Source: Octopus vulgaris (taxonomy: Eukaryota). Taken from it: a DNA stretch of 64,000 nt. Both the position numbers and the translations under genes were made by a program. Below are positions 1 through 12,573 of this stretch, piece by piece. The notes below the pieces were generated by a model that saw only the letters and a list, made by a program, of their open reading frames with translations, did not search any database and was not told where the DNA came from. The stretch covers positions 159,154,001-159,218,000 of the forward strand of contig OX597816.1 of assembly GCA_951406725.2 (NCBI GenBank), read 5' to 3'. Within the stretch, counting starts at the first letter, position 1. Each line of letters starts with the position of its first letter.

Positions 1-831
1 CAAAAAGTCATGGCATAGATATGCAACCAGTAGATGAACGCGTAGAAACATTGCCATAATATCAGATTCTTTCGTCAAGAGTCAATCATCCCCTCCTAAC
101 GAAGGCAGCCGGTATTACAGTAATGTTTACATGCAATCATCTAGCGATTGCAATCCATTACTTTTTGCACACTCCATCTACTAATTATGAACATTACAAC
201 ACAATCTCCAACATCAACAATACAACCAGCATCACTACCAACAACAACAACATTTCAAACACAACAACACAAAACCCAACAACAACGACAGTACCAACAC
301 AGCAGACGCGTAACTCAGAGTCTTGCCACATTCTGTGTAACGCTGAATTTCCCTGAGAGCTACATAAAGTGATGCGTGTGTTTGTGGAGTTCTCAAGCAC
401 TTGCATCTTAATTTCTCAAGTAAGCTGTTCCGTAGATTGGATCAACTAGAATACTTGTCGTCGTCACCGACGGAGAACCTTTTAAAAGTAAAACCAACAT
501 AGCAGCATCTACAACTATATTATCGCTTCCACTACCAACAAACACTACTTATACTTCAAACAACAACACTTGTAGCTACCAAGTTTTGCTCAAAAACAAA
601 TTATTTTTAAAAAAGGAAGGATACATTGTACAATGTAGTCCCAGGTACACTGTAAAGAAACAAGGAGTGAAACAATTTTTGGTTATAAGTCTGGTAGGAG
701 GACTTAAGAGCGTGTACATGTCTACTCACCACTACAGAGTCAGCTAAAGGAATTAGCGAAAGCATGGTACGAGATATTCGATCATAGTCGCTTGCGAGTG
801 ACGGCTAAAGCGAAAGCTGTTTTTCATAAAC

Positions 832-1348
832 GTATGTGTGTGTGTGTGTCTGTGTGTGTGTGTGTGTCTGTGTGTGTGTGTGTGTCTGTGTGTGTGTGTG
901 TGTCTGTGTGTGTTTATATGTGAATGTGTCATAGTATGTTTATGTATGTATGTACGTATGTACGTATTTATGTGTGTGCGTATGTGAGTGTGCATGTGTA
1001 TATGTGTATGTTCGTGTGTGCATACGTGTGCGTGTGTGTATGTGTGTGTCATGCAACAATTTCTCGTAGTATAACAGGAATGCATCTTAAAGCTGACATC
1101 CACTAGAGTGTTCCATAAACCAAGTTTAGAGTTGTGTGTGTATGCGCGTGTATGTATGTGTGTGTGTGTGCGTGCGTGTGTATATGAGTGTTTGGGAGAG
1201 TGAGAGTGTTTGTGTGTGTAAGTGGAAGTGTGTATGTGTGTGGGGGTGAGGGTTGCGAGTATATATGTATGTGTCTTTGAGTGTGCCCATGTAAGTGTGC
1301 ATGCGTGTGTATGTGTTGGTGTGTGTGTGTGTGTGTGTGTATGTGTGC

Positions 1349-1381
<33 letters not shown>

Positions 1382-1495
1382 CGCACGCTTACGTGTATGT
1401 TTGCGTGTGTTTATGCGCAATTTCTGTTTAAGTACGTTCGCAAACACACAAGCACACACACACACACACATACACACACGCGCACACTCAGCAAT

Positions 1496-1532
<37 letters not shown>

Positions 1533-2345
1533 GCAACACTCGGCACAAGGCAACACGAAAACTAAATCCAGTTTCTGGTGAAGCAAGAAAAGGACAAAGG
1601 TCAGAACGAGAGGCTACAGAAGAAGAAACGATGGCAAATATAATGTAAAACTGTCTAACACACACACACACACACACACACATACACACACACGCACACA
1701 CACACACCAGCACACACGCACACGCACGCACACACGCTCACACACGCACACGCACGCACACACGCTCAAAACAAACACCACCACACATACACACTCACTC
1801 ACACACGCATACACTCACACACGAACGCACATACATACACATACACAGTCACACACACATACTCATAAACGTACACACACATACACACTCTCACACACAT
1901 ACATACACATACAGACACACATGCACACTCGCACACACAGTACATTCACACACGCGTGCACACACATGCACACACACATACGCACTCACGCACATACACT
2001 CACACATACAAACACACACGCTCACACACACACATACACACTCACACACATACATACACTAACATACGCACACATACATTCACACACACACATACATACT
2101 CACACTCATACACACACATACACACACATACACTCACACATACACACACATATATACACTCTCACACACACATACACTCACACACGCACACATGCATTCA
2201 CACACGCACATACATACACACGCGCATGTACACACATACACACACATACACAGTTACGCACATACATACACACTCACATACATACATACATATATACATA
2301 CACACACACACACACACACACACATACAGACACGCAAACACAAAA
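832..2345. repeat. Degenerate (TG)n blocks followed by degenerate (CA)n blocks
   Basis: Directly visible; TG-rich 832-1410, CA-rich 1440-2345, with a (CAA)n run near 1495-1535. Confidence 0.95.
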
Positions 2346-3119
2346 CAAGTGTAAAATAAGTGAAAAGAAATTGTTGTCATCTTTCCAAAATGGAGAGAAT
2401 TTTGTTTGTGAGCGTCTGTTTTACCTGACTCATCTATATTTAATGTCTGAGTATGTTGTTAGTGTCCTAAAATGTTCATTGTATGCATTTATTTGGATTC
2501 CACTGCTTCTCGTCGACCAAAAAATGTCGACATCTTTGACTTTGATTCCTATATTTTCTGCCCTAGGTGTTGCTTTCGTTGCTTACAGTAACAAACTTCG
2601 TATTTTTAGCGCTATCAACCTTGTTCTTTTTTCGTTTACTTTTTTGGCATCAAATTTCAAATGTCTGTATAGTTGTACGGTAATGTAGATAATCCCCGAG
2701 ATGATAACATATCAGACAATTTAAGATTGATAGCACGGTTGTTCCCGTCATGTTTACCGTTTCTGCCTTGTGTCAACAGGCAAGCCACTAACTCTCACAG
2801 AAACGGTTTACAACATTACAATGAATCTCTATATGAGGTTTATATGAATCTTCACGACTAGGAAGCTATGTGGGAATAGAAAATTATTCGTAATACCACA
2901 TTGGAGTTGTATTTTATTAATCTCGAAAAGATGGAAAGGTAAAGGCGACCACATCATGATTTCAGTCCAGAGTTCAAACGGCCGGAACTAATGCTATATG
3001 TAGTCGTTCGATTTGTAGGAAATAGCGACCAAATTTCTATCACCTAAAACCTAAAACAGAGAAAAACATATTAGATAATGTGGCTATAAATATTTCTAGG
3101 ACGGGAGGGCCATGGTTGG

Positions 3120-3302
3120 TTTGCTCAACAACAGACATCAAGAGGAATATAAAAGAAATGTCGCAAAAAATATGCTTCCTTGGCACAGCTAGAATCATTA
3201 GGAAAGTATTAGATGGTTGAAAACAACAAATAGCATGGTACTGTAGGCTGCAAGTAGAAAGCCCGCTACGCATGAATGACTCTAGGAGTTCCGACAAAAC
3301 CG
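3120..3302 (+). mobile_element. R4/Dong-like (RLE clade) non-LTR retrotransposon 3' end fragment
   Basis: Translates ..QKICFLGTARIIRKVLDG*, the conserved C-terminus of R4-type ORFs; the same 3' UTR occurs inverted at 51130-51234. Confidence 0.7.
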
Positions 3303-3311
3303 ATTACCATT

Positions 3312-3857
3312 ATTGAGTGAGAGGGTAGTGCATGCTATCAAAGTGACACAGGGGTAAGATATACGAAGCCCAGTATACCCATCATGACTACACGTCTGAT
3401 AAGAGTACACCAGACACATGCATCACAACCATATGTGCACGGCATAGTGATCTCATATCAAGATAAACAGCGCATGACCTTGCAGGTGGGGCCCAGTTAG
3501 AATTTTCTTCAGGTCGAGTAGCCCATCCTGCTCAAAAGGATTGTTTAAGGATGTTGAACAAAACACACATGTTTCCAAAGATTAATTATTCAAACCCCAA
3601 AGAATTCCTCTCAACACATGGCTATGATGCTCCCCAACTACTTCTGCTCGTGATCAGAGATGCACATATCGTCAGCCACTAAGGGACATGCTCAACTGTT
3701 TAACATCAAGCAAATGACAAGCAAATCTGTGGTATTGAACAGAATATTTGCTGTAGCCCATCTTTTATACCAAGACAAAACAATGTACATGATAGCACTT
3801 CCAATCAGTTGAGATCAGAAGCCATAAGAGCCACTGCCTGGTACGGCATCAGGGCAA
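3312..3857 (-). mobile_element. Non-coding ~550-bp interspersed repeat, probably a non-autonomous element
   Basis: No ORF; wedged between two R4-like 3' ends; resembles a common octopus repeat as recalled from memory; single copy here. Confidence 0.4.
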
Positions 3858-3861
3858 TGAA

Positions 3862-4088
3862 AAACTCACAGCTTATTTTGCAGGGTATGATGGAAAGTGT
3901 CAGCTGTCCACAGCCAGCACACTAAGGTGACACTTGTTTAATTGTTAAGGTTCAAGAACCCTGCGAAGAATTCTTGCAGTTCCAAGCAATGCCGATTTTT
4001 GTCGGTGATCTACCTTCACACTTGCACCAATCTTTTTTAGTCATGTTGGTAGTTGAGTGCTGATACTTCTGGAGTGTTGATACTGCTG
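3862..4088 (-). mobile_element. R4/Dong-like 3' end fragment
   Basis: Minus strand ..QKSALLGTARILRRVLEP*; 3' UTR motif (GTGTCAGCTGT..ACTAAGGT on +) is repeated at 50195-50230. Confidence 0.7.
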
Positions 4089-4089
4089 G

Positions 4090-5184
4090 ACAAGTCCCCC
4101 AACACACATTTTTTCAGGAACGGGGCACAAACCATCTTTTGTCCCCGCTACTTTTTCCCAATTAAAAAACAAAGTACCACCGTCAATCTAGGTGGTATTA
4201 TTGCATAGTGTCACGCTGGTGCAGAAGGAGCTAAAAATATGCGCAGTGAAGAAAAATTTCAGGGGCTGTTCAATACAGCAGTAAAAGTAATTTGTCAACT
4301 TGATATTTCTTCTTTGGAGCCACCCAGGCAACGAAAAGTTCCTAAAAGATACCAAGAAGGAAATGCGTTAAACGATTAACACTGCACTGTTTTGGATCAT
4401 TACAGAGTGCAGTATTTGCAGGTAGTGGGTACTGCAATGGCAAATTTGGAAGTTTATTTTTTTCACAGGATTTAGCGGATTATGAAAAACTGAGCAATAT
4501 ATGTACTCAATGAAAATTTTTGTGCTGAAGTGATTATGCAGTATCCAGAGCTTGATGAATTTTCTTTCAGGAACGAAATACATTTTTTATAGAAATCATC
4601 ATCGTGGATTATCTCTCTAGGATCATAATAAAATATTCGGTGAAATGCAACCAGAAGTCCATCGCATGTTTTCAAATGTTGAGCGATTGCTCAGGTTACT
4701 TTTAGTGTTTTCAACCGGTTCTTGTGAAGCTAAAAGATCTTTTAGCGCTCTGCAGAGGCTCAAAACTTGACTGCAATCGACCATGACTCAACAAATGTTG
4801 AATCATATTCTAATATGCCACGTTCGTAGAAACGTTTTGGAAAAGGTTAGTTGTGAAGAAGTTGCTAAATTATTTACTGACAGCAATGATGCGAGATATA
4901 ATATATTTGGAAAGTTCTAAAAGACAATTATTTTACTTTACATTTTTTTTATTCAAACATCTATGTTTTATTTTTTTGTTTATTTGGTATAATAAGTTCC
5001 TTTTAAGCTTACTTTTTTTTTATATCTGAACTTCATTTGAATATATAAAATTTAATTAGCGTAAAATTTTACCTATGTGATAGGGCCCGGGAAAGCCATC
5101 ATAAGCACTACTAACATGCCCTTTAAGAATCAACAAATGTTCGTTTATCCCCCACTCACATTTTTAAGGCAACTGAGGCCCCTG
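4090..5184 (+). mobile_element. hAT DNA transposon remnant (C-terminal dimerisation domain and right end)
   Basis: Broken frame ..MFSNVERLLRLLLVFSTGSCEAKRSFSALQRLKT*LQSTMTQQMLNH..RYNIFGKF* ending at 4920; hAT-type terminus ..GAGGCCCCTG at 5184. Confidence 0.85.
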
Positions 5185-5296
5185 GGGACAGCTAGGATAC
5201 TTGGGAAGGTTCTTGGCAGCTAAGGTTACTTGTTGTAGCCCGATGTTAGGAAGTTTTCTTTTCCAACAGTCTGATCTGTTGAGTGTATATGAATGT
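5185..5296 (+). mobile_element. R4/Dong-like 3' end fragment
   Basis: GTARILGKVLGS* followed by a short UTR and a trinucleotide tail. Confidence 0.6.
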
Positions 5297-5332
<36 letters not shown>

Positions 5333-5335
5333 CGA

Positions 5336-5369
<34 letters not shown>

Positions 5370-5436
5370 GGTGGTGGTGGTGGTGGTGGTGGTGATGATG
5401 GTGATGATGGTGATGATGATGATGATGATGATGATG

Positions 5437-5470
<34 letters not shown>
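5297..5470. repeat. Compound microsatellite (GAT)n(GGT)n(GAT)n(AAT)n
   Basis: Directly visible. Confidence 0.97.
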
Positions 5471-5471
<1 letters not shown>

Positions 5472-5584
5472 CAGTCTATTAACCAACATGAGAGCCTATA
5501 TTTTCCAACTCATGGATTTGTAAACAACGATACACAGACACACGCGTGCACACAAATATATACATATACATACACATACATACA

Positions 5585-5620
<36 letters not shown>

Positions 5621-5756
5621 AGAAAAACGGATTCGGAGTATCAAACGGAACTTACAATAAGAGTTCCTGCTGAGGATCCGGCTATAAGGTAGCACAACCA
5701 TTCAGATTTGATTTCTTTTTTTTTTCCTTTTTTTGTCTCTCACTTCTGGATTCAAA

Positions 5757-6016
5757 TACATACATACATACATACATACATACATACATACATACATACA
5801 TACATACATACATACATACGTACATACATACATACATACATACATACATACATACATACATACATACATACATGCATACATACATACATACATGCATATG
5901 CATATACATACATACATACATACATGCATACATACATACATACATACATACATACATACATACATACATACATACATACATACATACATACATACATACA
6001 TGCATACATACATACA

Positions 6017-6050
<34 letters not shown>

Positions 6051-6180
6051 CATACATACATACATGCATACATACATACATACATACATACATACATACA
6101 TACATACATACATACATACATACATACATACATGCATACATGCATGCATACATACATACATACATACATACATACATACA

Positions 6181-6216
<36 letters not shown>

Positions 6217-6242
6217 CATACATACATACATACATACATACA

Positions 6243-6276
<34 letters not shown>

Positions 6277-6660
6277 CATACATACATACATGCATGCATA
6301 CATACATACATACATACATACATACATACATACATACATGCATACATACATACATACATACATGCATACATGCATGCATACATACATACATACATACATA
6401 CATACATACATACATACATACATACATACATACATACATACATACATACATACATACATACATACATACATGCATGCATACATACATACATACATACATA
6501 CATACATACATACATACATACATACATACATGCATACATACATACATACATGCATACATACATACATACATACATACATACATGCATGCATGCATACATA
6601 CATACATACATACATACATACATACATACATACATACATACATACATACATACATACATA
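5757..6660. repeat. (TACA)n tetranucleotide array, ~900 bp, with TGCA/TATA variant units
   Basis: Directly visible; source of the spurious 300+ aa ORFs. Confidence 0.98.
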
Positions 6661-6837
6661 GCATATATGGCACAAAGGTTGTTGGAGTTGGAGATGGTAC
6701 CGTCAACTGAATTCACCTCAAAGAGAATGAAAAGTCCCAGCACCAACTCAGAACATTCATGGACGCAACAGAATACGGGGAAGTAATTGGTTCGTCCGTA
6801 AACACCCTACTGTTTCTGTCCATGTACCACCTTCACT

Positions 6838-7002
6838 GTGTGTGTGTGCTTGTGTGTGTGTGTGTGTGTGTGCTGTGTGTGTGTGTGTGTGTGTGTGTGC
6901 TTGTGTGTGTGTGTATGTGTGCGTGCTAGTGTGTGCTTGTGTATGTGTGTGTGCGTGTGTGCTTGTGTGTGTGTATATGGATGAGTGCGTGCTAGTGTGT
7001 GC

Positions 7003-7083
<81 letters not shown>

Positions 7084-7259
7084 GTGTGTGTGTGTATGTG
7101 TGTGCATGGATGAGTGTGTGCTTGTGTTTGCTGGTGTGTGTATGTGTGTGTGTGTCTATGTGTCAGCGTGTGTGTATATGTGTATGCTTGTGTGTGTGTA
7201 TGCTTGTGTGTGTGTGTGTGCTTGTGTGTGTGCGTGTGCTTGTGTGTGTGTGCGTGTGC

Positions 7260-7314
<55 letters not shown>

Positions 7315-7409
7315 TGCGTGTGTGCTTGTGTGTGTGTGTGCGTGTCTGTATGTGTGTGTGTGTGCTCGTGTGTGTGTGTGTGTGCGTGTCTGTATGTGTG
7401 TGTGTGTGC

Positions 7410-7454
<45 letters not shown>

Positions 7455-7500
7455 TGTGTGTATGTGTGTGTGCGTGTGTGTGTGTGTTTATGTGTGTGTG
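6838..7500. repeat. Degenerate (TG)n array
   Basis: Directly visible, punctuated by TGCT units. Confidence 0.97.
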
Positions 7501-9069
7501 TTTCGTTTTTATTGGCTGTCTTGTATGCCGAAATATGGCTGCTGCATGCTGTAAGTGAATGAAGTAGACAACACTCCCCAGATGACTACTTCCAGTTCGT
7601 ATCATGTTGCAATGGTGTTCATTTTCAAGGATTGACATACGCGAGCAGTTTATGTCCGACAGTATCTTTCTTACTCAATGAAACCACCTAAAATACCAAC
7701 GTTGATTTAAAACAGAGAAAAAAAACGTGAGATATGTCGTGCTGCTTTTGATAAAAAGAAACCCAATACAATATAGCAAAAAAAATATACAATAAATAAC
7801 TCATCTTTTTGCTACGATCTTTCGAAATCATGAATGATTTTGATGATTAAGAAAATAAATAAATAAATGAGACCGTAAATGAATAAATTAGATGAAGGTT
7901 TATGTGAATGATTCATACAGACTAAATCACGCTGTGAAGATGTAAAAATAGATAAGGTGAGGCATTTGTTACAGGATGTCTGAAGCTTGAAGCAAATAAA
8001 TGTTTCGCAGTAGCATCGTTAATCGTCAGCTTATCGTTGTTTGAGTAATGTCCTTCTCAATAAGAGGTGGCGGTCAGCCCAGGAAACCATTGAGTTATTG
8101 ATGAGTCACCGAAGACTTCCTGTTCGTGTTTGCTATCGTTGATGCTGTTGCCGCCGCTGTTGTTGTTGTTGTTGTTGTTTTATTCCAGTTCATCTCTGAT
8201 CGTGAAGGCTTATGGTCGAAGACAGTCCATAAGAAACATCCATTTTCGGTTTTATCATTTTTTGAATTTTTTTGAGACAATATCTCTAGGTCTATGTTAC
8301 TCATTGTATATTTTCATTTTTAAGGTACCAGGGTGTGATATGAGAGAGATTCTCTAATTCTCTACCTCTAATCCATTTCTTGTACAGACCAATTTAAAGA
8401 GAATTGTCTATGGTCCTTTAATTTTTCAGGATTCCCACCCCTTACCCGATACTGGTGGGAAGAAGAAAAGAACAAGCCGAAGATCTGGCCCTAAAACTTA
8501 CAACAGAGTGAACTCCGTTAAAGGAACTCGAGGACCAACAGGTGATGCTTGACTCGGTGACAGAGTCTACTACACTTAAATACTGGTTTCAATTTTTTGC
8601 ACAAGGCCAGCAATTTCGTAGGAGGGTCTAAGTCGATTACATCGAACCCAGTGCTCAACTGGCACTTATTTTATCGGCCTCGATAGGAACTCAATTTCTT
8701 TTATCTCTCCTATATTTATATGGCCATTGTTGGTGCAGAAGCCAAACCATTTGCTATTCTAAACAGTCTTCCCCTGTTAGTTTCCTTCTCGTATGTGTAC
8801 CCCTGACCAATGTATTAAAGTTGCTGACTCCTGTTCCCTCTTGTATTTTATGTCCGTTAACTGTTCAGGGGTCTGTTAGTTCTATGTTGGTTATCATTTA
8901 TAATAAACGGGTTTACCTTGTGATCCAACCGAGACAACTAAGCAGGTAACCAATACCATACGATTTCTCCACATCCCTGATACAAATAAACCTCACAACC
9001 CCTAAGCTGTCTAAAATACAGGTTTTGGTCCTTCATCCAAAACAAAAAAGAAATAAAGAAAATCCTACA

Positions 9070-9549
9070 TCGGCGCAAGTATAGTTGCATTGGCTAAGAA
9101 GTTTGCTTTGGAGCCATGTAGTTTCGTGTTCCATCCCGTTGTACGGCACCTTAGACAAATGTCTTTCACTATAGCTCTGGGCCAACTAAAGACTTGTAAA
9201 TGAATTTGAAAGCAACTGAGTGGAAGTCCGTCGTAAATATATCTTTATATATAAAACTGAAGTTGTGTGTGTGAGTGTCTGTCTACTTCGATTTAGATTC
9301 CTAACTACTCTCACATTTTGCGGTGCAGTTTAACCAAAACCGGGTATCTTATAGTCGTGATTCATATCGAGCCATTCTGGGTATTAGCGCGCGTCTACGA
9401 TGAGTCTACGATTTAAAAAAAAATTATCATCATTTTTTCGTTTTTTAATGCATTTTTAACTCGGTTTTATATAAGGGAAGTAACTCTCTAAAAATGCTTA
9501 TATAGTTATTTCCCTTACAAACCCGTGCAACGCCGGGCGATACTGCTAG

Positions 9550-9623
<74 letters not shown>

Positions 9624-9835
9624 AGTGTCTGTTTGCGTTTGTACACACTACCAATACTTGACAACCGGTGCTGGTTTGTTTACGTCCGCGTAACGTTGGT
9701 TCGACAAAGAGATCGGTAGAATAAGTGTCCCAGACTTAAAAATAAGTACAGGGAACGATTTTTCCCCACTAAACCCTTCAAGTTGGTGCCCCAGCATGGC
9801 CGCAATTCAATGGCTGAAACAAATAAAATATAAAA
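9070..9835 (+). mobile_element. tRNA-derived SINE family B (central microsatellite), interrupted by a Helitron
   Basis: Head GGCGCA..GCATTGGCTAAGAAGTTTGC..; tail ..CTTGACAACCGGTGCTGG..CCAGCATGGCCGCA; similar to copies at 30720-31068, 46250-46922 and 57447-57845. Confidence 0.8.
9242..9549 (+). mobile_element. Non-autonomous Helitron
   Basis: A|TC 5' end, CTAG|T 3' end, subterminal hairpin CCCGTGCAACGCCGGG, no TSD. Confidence 0.85.
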
Positions 9836-10014
9836 GAGCTTATATTAAGCGCAATCATCCTATCCGCCACTCATCAAACAAGATGACTCAGTAAATGGCA
9901 CTCCTGCTGATAAATCTATCACATTAGCTACCCATTTGGCATCTGACTCTACGTTGCAACACACACACACACACACACACACACATTCGCACGCATACTA
10001 CTACTACTAATTAT

Positions 10015-10546
10015 TATTCTTTCATTAGCCACAAGGGCTCACATACAATAACATTAAAGGCCATGCAACAACATAAAAACGGAGCGATACAATAGGTTTT
10101 CCGCGTGTGAACAATATAAATTAACAATTAAAATTGAACAAATTAAAACTCCCAATAGGGGAAGCGCTTTAACCCTTTAGTGTTCAGATTACTCGGTTAA
10201 ATGTAATACTTTTCCACTCAAATGTTTTGAATTAATCATGCATTATCTTATATCTTTGAGGTTTCAATGATGTGATTGTTTATATTTAGAATGACATTGT
10301 CGGGTAGGTGTGAGAGGCCAGATATTGCCAGTTTGAATATAAAACAAGTAGAATATCTGGGCCAGATATGGCCGGTTTAAACACTAAAGGGTTAAGGTAC
10401 TCGTGGAAAACCTAGAAAAGCCACGGGTGCCTGATCAACAGGGTAAGAGCCCGTCTCCTTTAATTCTCTTTTTATAGGTGCACGCTCAGAATTGGTTCTA
10501 TCACGCTGGCCATTCTTCCAACATTCACCCACCTTTCAACAAACTT
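10015..10546 (-). mobile_element. L1/Tx1-like LINE 3' end (ORF2 C-terminus + 3' UTR)
   Basis: Minus strand KFVERWVNVGRMASVIEPILSVHL* (10546-10472); UTR ends CCCTTGTGGCTAATGAAAGAA; UTR similar to 51250-51447. Confidence 0.6.
10173..10391. mobile_element. piggyBac-like MITE
   Basis: TTAA|CCCTTTAGTGTT ... AACACTAAAGGG|TTAA: 12-bp TIRs with TTAA TSD. Confidence 0.85.
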
Positions 10547-10809
10547 GCTATAATAATTGGTGCGTTGGGAACAGTAATCTGAGGAATAGACAGATGGCTG
10601 AAGGGGATTGAAACAGACTGCCTGGTAGAGCTCCTACAGAAAGTTTGCCTCTTAGGGGCAGCAAGGATTATCAGGAGGGTTCTAAGCACTTGAAAGACTA
10701 CTGGAAACGTGTGCATACCTAAGGTTACAGGTAGTAACCCGCAACCTCATAAATCCTACCAGGAATAAGACCAAACCTGAACTTTGTTTCTATAATAATG
10801 ATGATGATG

Positions 10810-10885
<76 letters not shown>
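10547..10885 (+). mobile_element. R4/Dong-like 3' fragment ending in (TAA)n
   Basis: IIIGALGTVI*GIDRWLKGIETDCLVELLQKVCLLGAARIIRRVLST*, then UTR and a long (TAA)n. Confidence 0.8.
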
Positions 10886-10886
<1 letters not shown>

Positions 10887-11253
10887 CCTTTCTACTATAG
10901 GTACAAGACTTGAAACTTTGGGGGAGGGGACCAGTCGATTAGATCAACCGCAGTACGCAACTGGTACTTAGTTTATTGGCCCCGAAAGGAATGAAAGGCA
11001 AAGTCAACTTCGGCGGAATTTGAACTCAGAACGTGAAGACGGACGAAATACCTATTTCTTTATTACCCACAAGGGGCTAAACACAGAGGACAAACAAGGA
11101 CAGACAAACGGAGTAATTCGATTATATCGACTCCAGTGCGTAACTGGTACTTAATTTATCGACCCCGAAAGGATAAAAGGCAAAGTCGACCTTGGCGGAA
11201 TATCCACCAAGCATTTCGCCCGGCATGCTAACGACTCTGCCATCTCGCCGCCT
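10886..11253 (-). mobile_element. tRNA-derived SINE family A, composite of two copies
   Basis: Head GGCGGCGAG..GGCAGA..CGTTAGCA; core GACTTTGCCTTT(C/T)AT(C/T)CTTTCGGGG present twice; junction at ~11051. Confidence 0.9.
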
Positions 11254-11717
11254 TAAGCTCAGCGATACATTAATCCTTTCTACCATAGGGACAAAAAAAA
11301 TCCCTGGAATTTTGTGGGAGGGAGTTGGTCGACTGCATTGATCCCAGTGCTCAACTAGTAGTTATTTTATCAACCCCGAAAGGTTGAAAAAGGTTGAGTC
11401 GATCTCGTCGCAATTTGAATTCACCTAGTCTTTCTTCCTTGGAACTGCAATGATTCTATAAATACAGGTTATAAAACCTTGTGTATTTATAGAATCTATC
11501 TCCAGATGAGCCATCTCATTTCACTTATTTTCGAGATCGTACGTGCGATATTTTGGGTGAGGCCAATAATTGATTAGTCTAGAGAAAGATAGGCTCGGGA
11601 ATACAGTCATAGATTTGCAAATACACTTTTAAGGTTTCATGAATAATTTTGTCGATAGATGACTGCACAGTCTGTGGAGCAACGGGCGGAATTCTTTGCG
11701 ATACTTAAGTTCTTTCA

Positions 11718-11920
11718 GAGGCGGGAGCTGACAGAATCGTTAGCAAAATGCTTAGCGGCATTTCGTCTGTCTTTACGTTTTGAGTTCAAATTCTGCCGAC
11801 GTTGACTTTGCCTTCCATACTTTCGAGATCGATAAAATAAATACCAGTTGAGCACTGGGGTTGGTGTAATCAACATACTCCCTCTCCTGAAACTTCTGGT
11901 CTTGTGCCCAAATTTGAAAC
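11718..11920 (+). mobile_element. SINE family A copy
   Basis: GGCGGGAGCTGACAGAATCGTTAGC..GAGTTCAAATTC..GACTTTGCCTTCCAT. Confidence 0.85.
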
Positions 11921-12309
11921 CGATTTTTTAAGTCTCTTTGAACTTTGAATTCAAAATCTAGCTTGAAGCTGCTTTTTCTCCTCCTGGGGTTCAATACTGA
12001 GGCTGACGTTTTAGCTAAGTATTTTTCTCTTCACATTTATGAGCTATGTGCCTTTAAATACATGATAAATCTGATAGGCCATCAATGGAAGCTGGAAACT
12101 TAAGAAATAATAAATAACCTTCTTTCGTCTTTATGCCAAAAAATATTATTTTGTCTTTAATGTCTCATGGAAAAACATTTCTGCGTTTTTCATTTCTCAC
12201 TGTCTTCTTTGAAGCTCACTTTCTCTTCTCTTCGTCTCTTATTTTCTTTTCCTCTAAGATTCATGCCAACTCCAATTAATCCCCCCCTTTCCTCTCCTTT
12301 TCTCCAAGA

Positions 12310-12448
12310 TGAGAGAGAGAGAGAGAAAGAGATAGAAAGGGAGAGAAAGAGAGAGAAAGGGAAAGAGAGAGGGACAGAGGGCAAACGAGTGAGAGAGAGC
12401 AAGCGAGTAAGAGAGAGAGCAAACAAGTGAAAGAAAGAGAGAGAGAGA

Positions 12449-12510
<62 letters not shown>

Positions 12511-12513
12511 GAG

Positions 12514-12573
<60 letters not shown>

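Noticed and set aside
5283-5660. Poly-D/G/N ORF
   Set aside because: Trinucleotide microsatellite at a retroelement tail.
753-7638. Many long ORFs (HTHT, VCVC, YIHT, MYVC repeats; up to 354 aa)
   Set aside because: Translations of (CA)n, (TG)n and (TACA)n microsatellites that lack stop codons in several frames; not genes.
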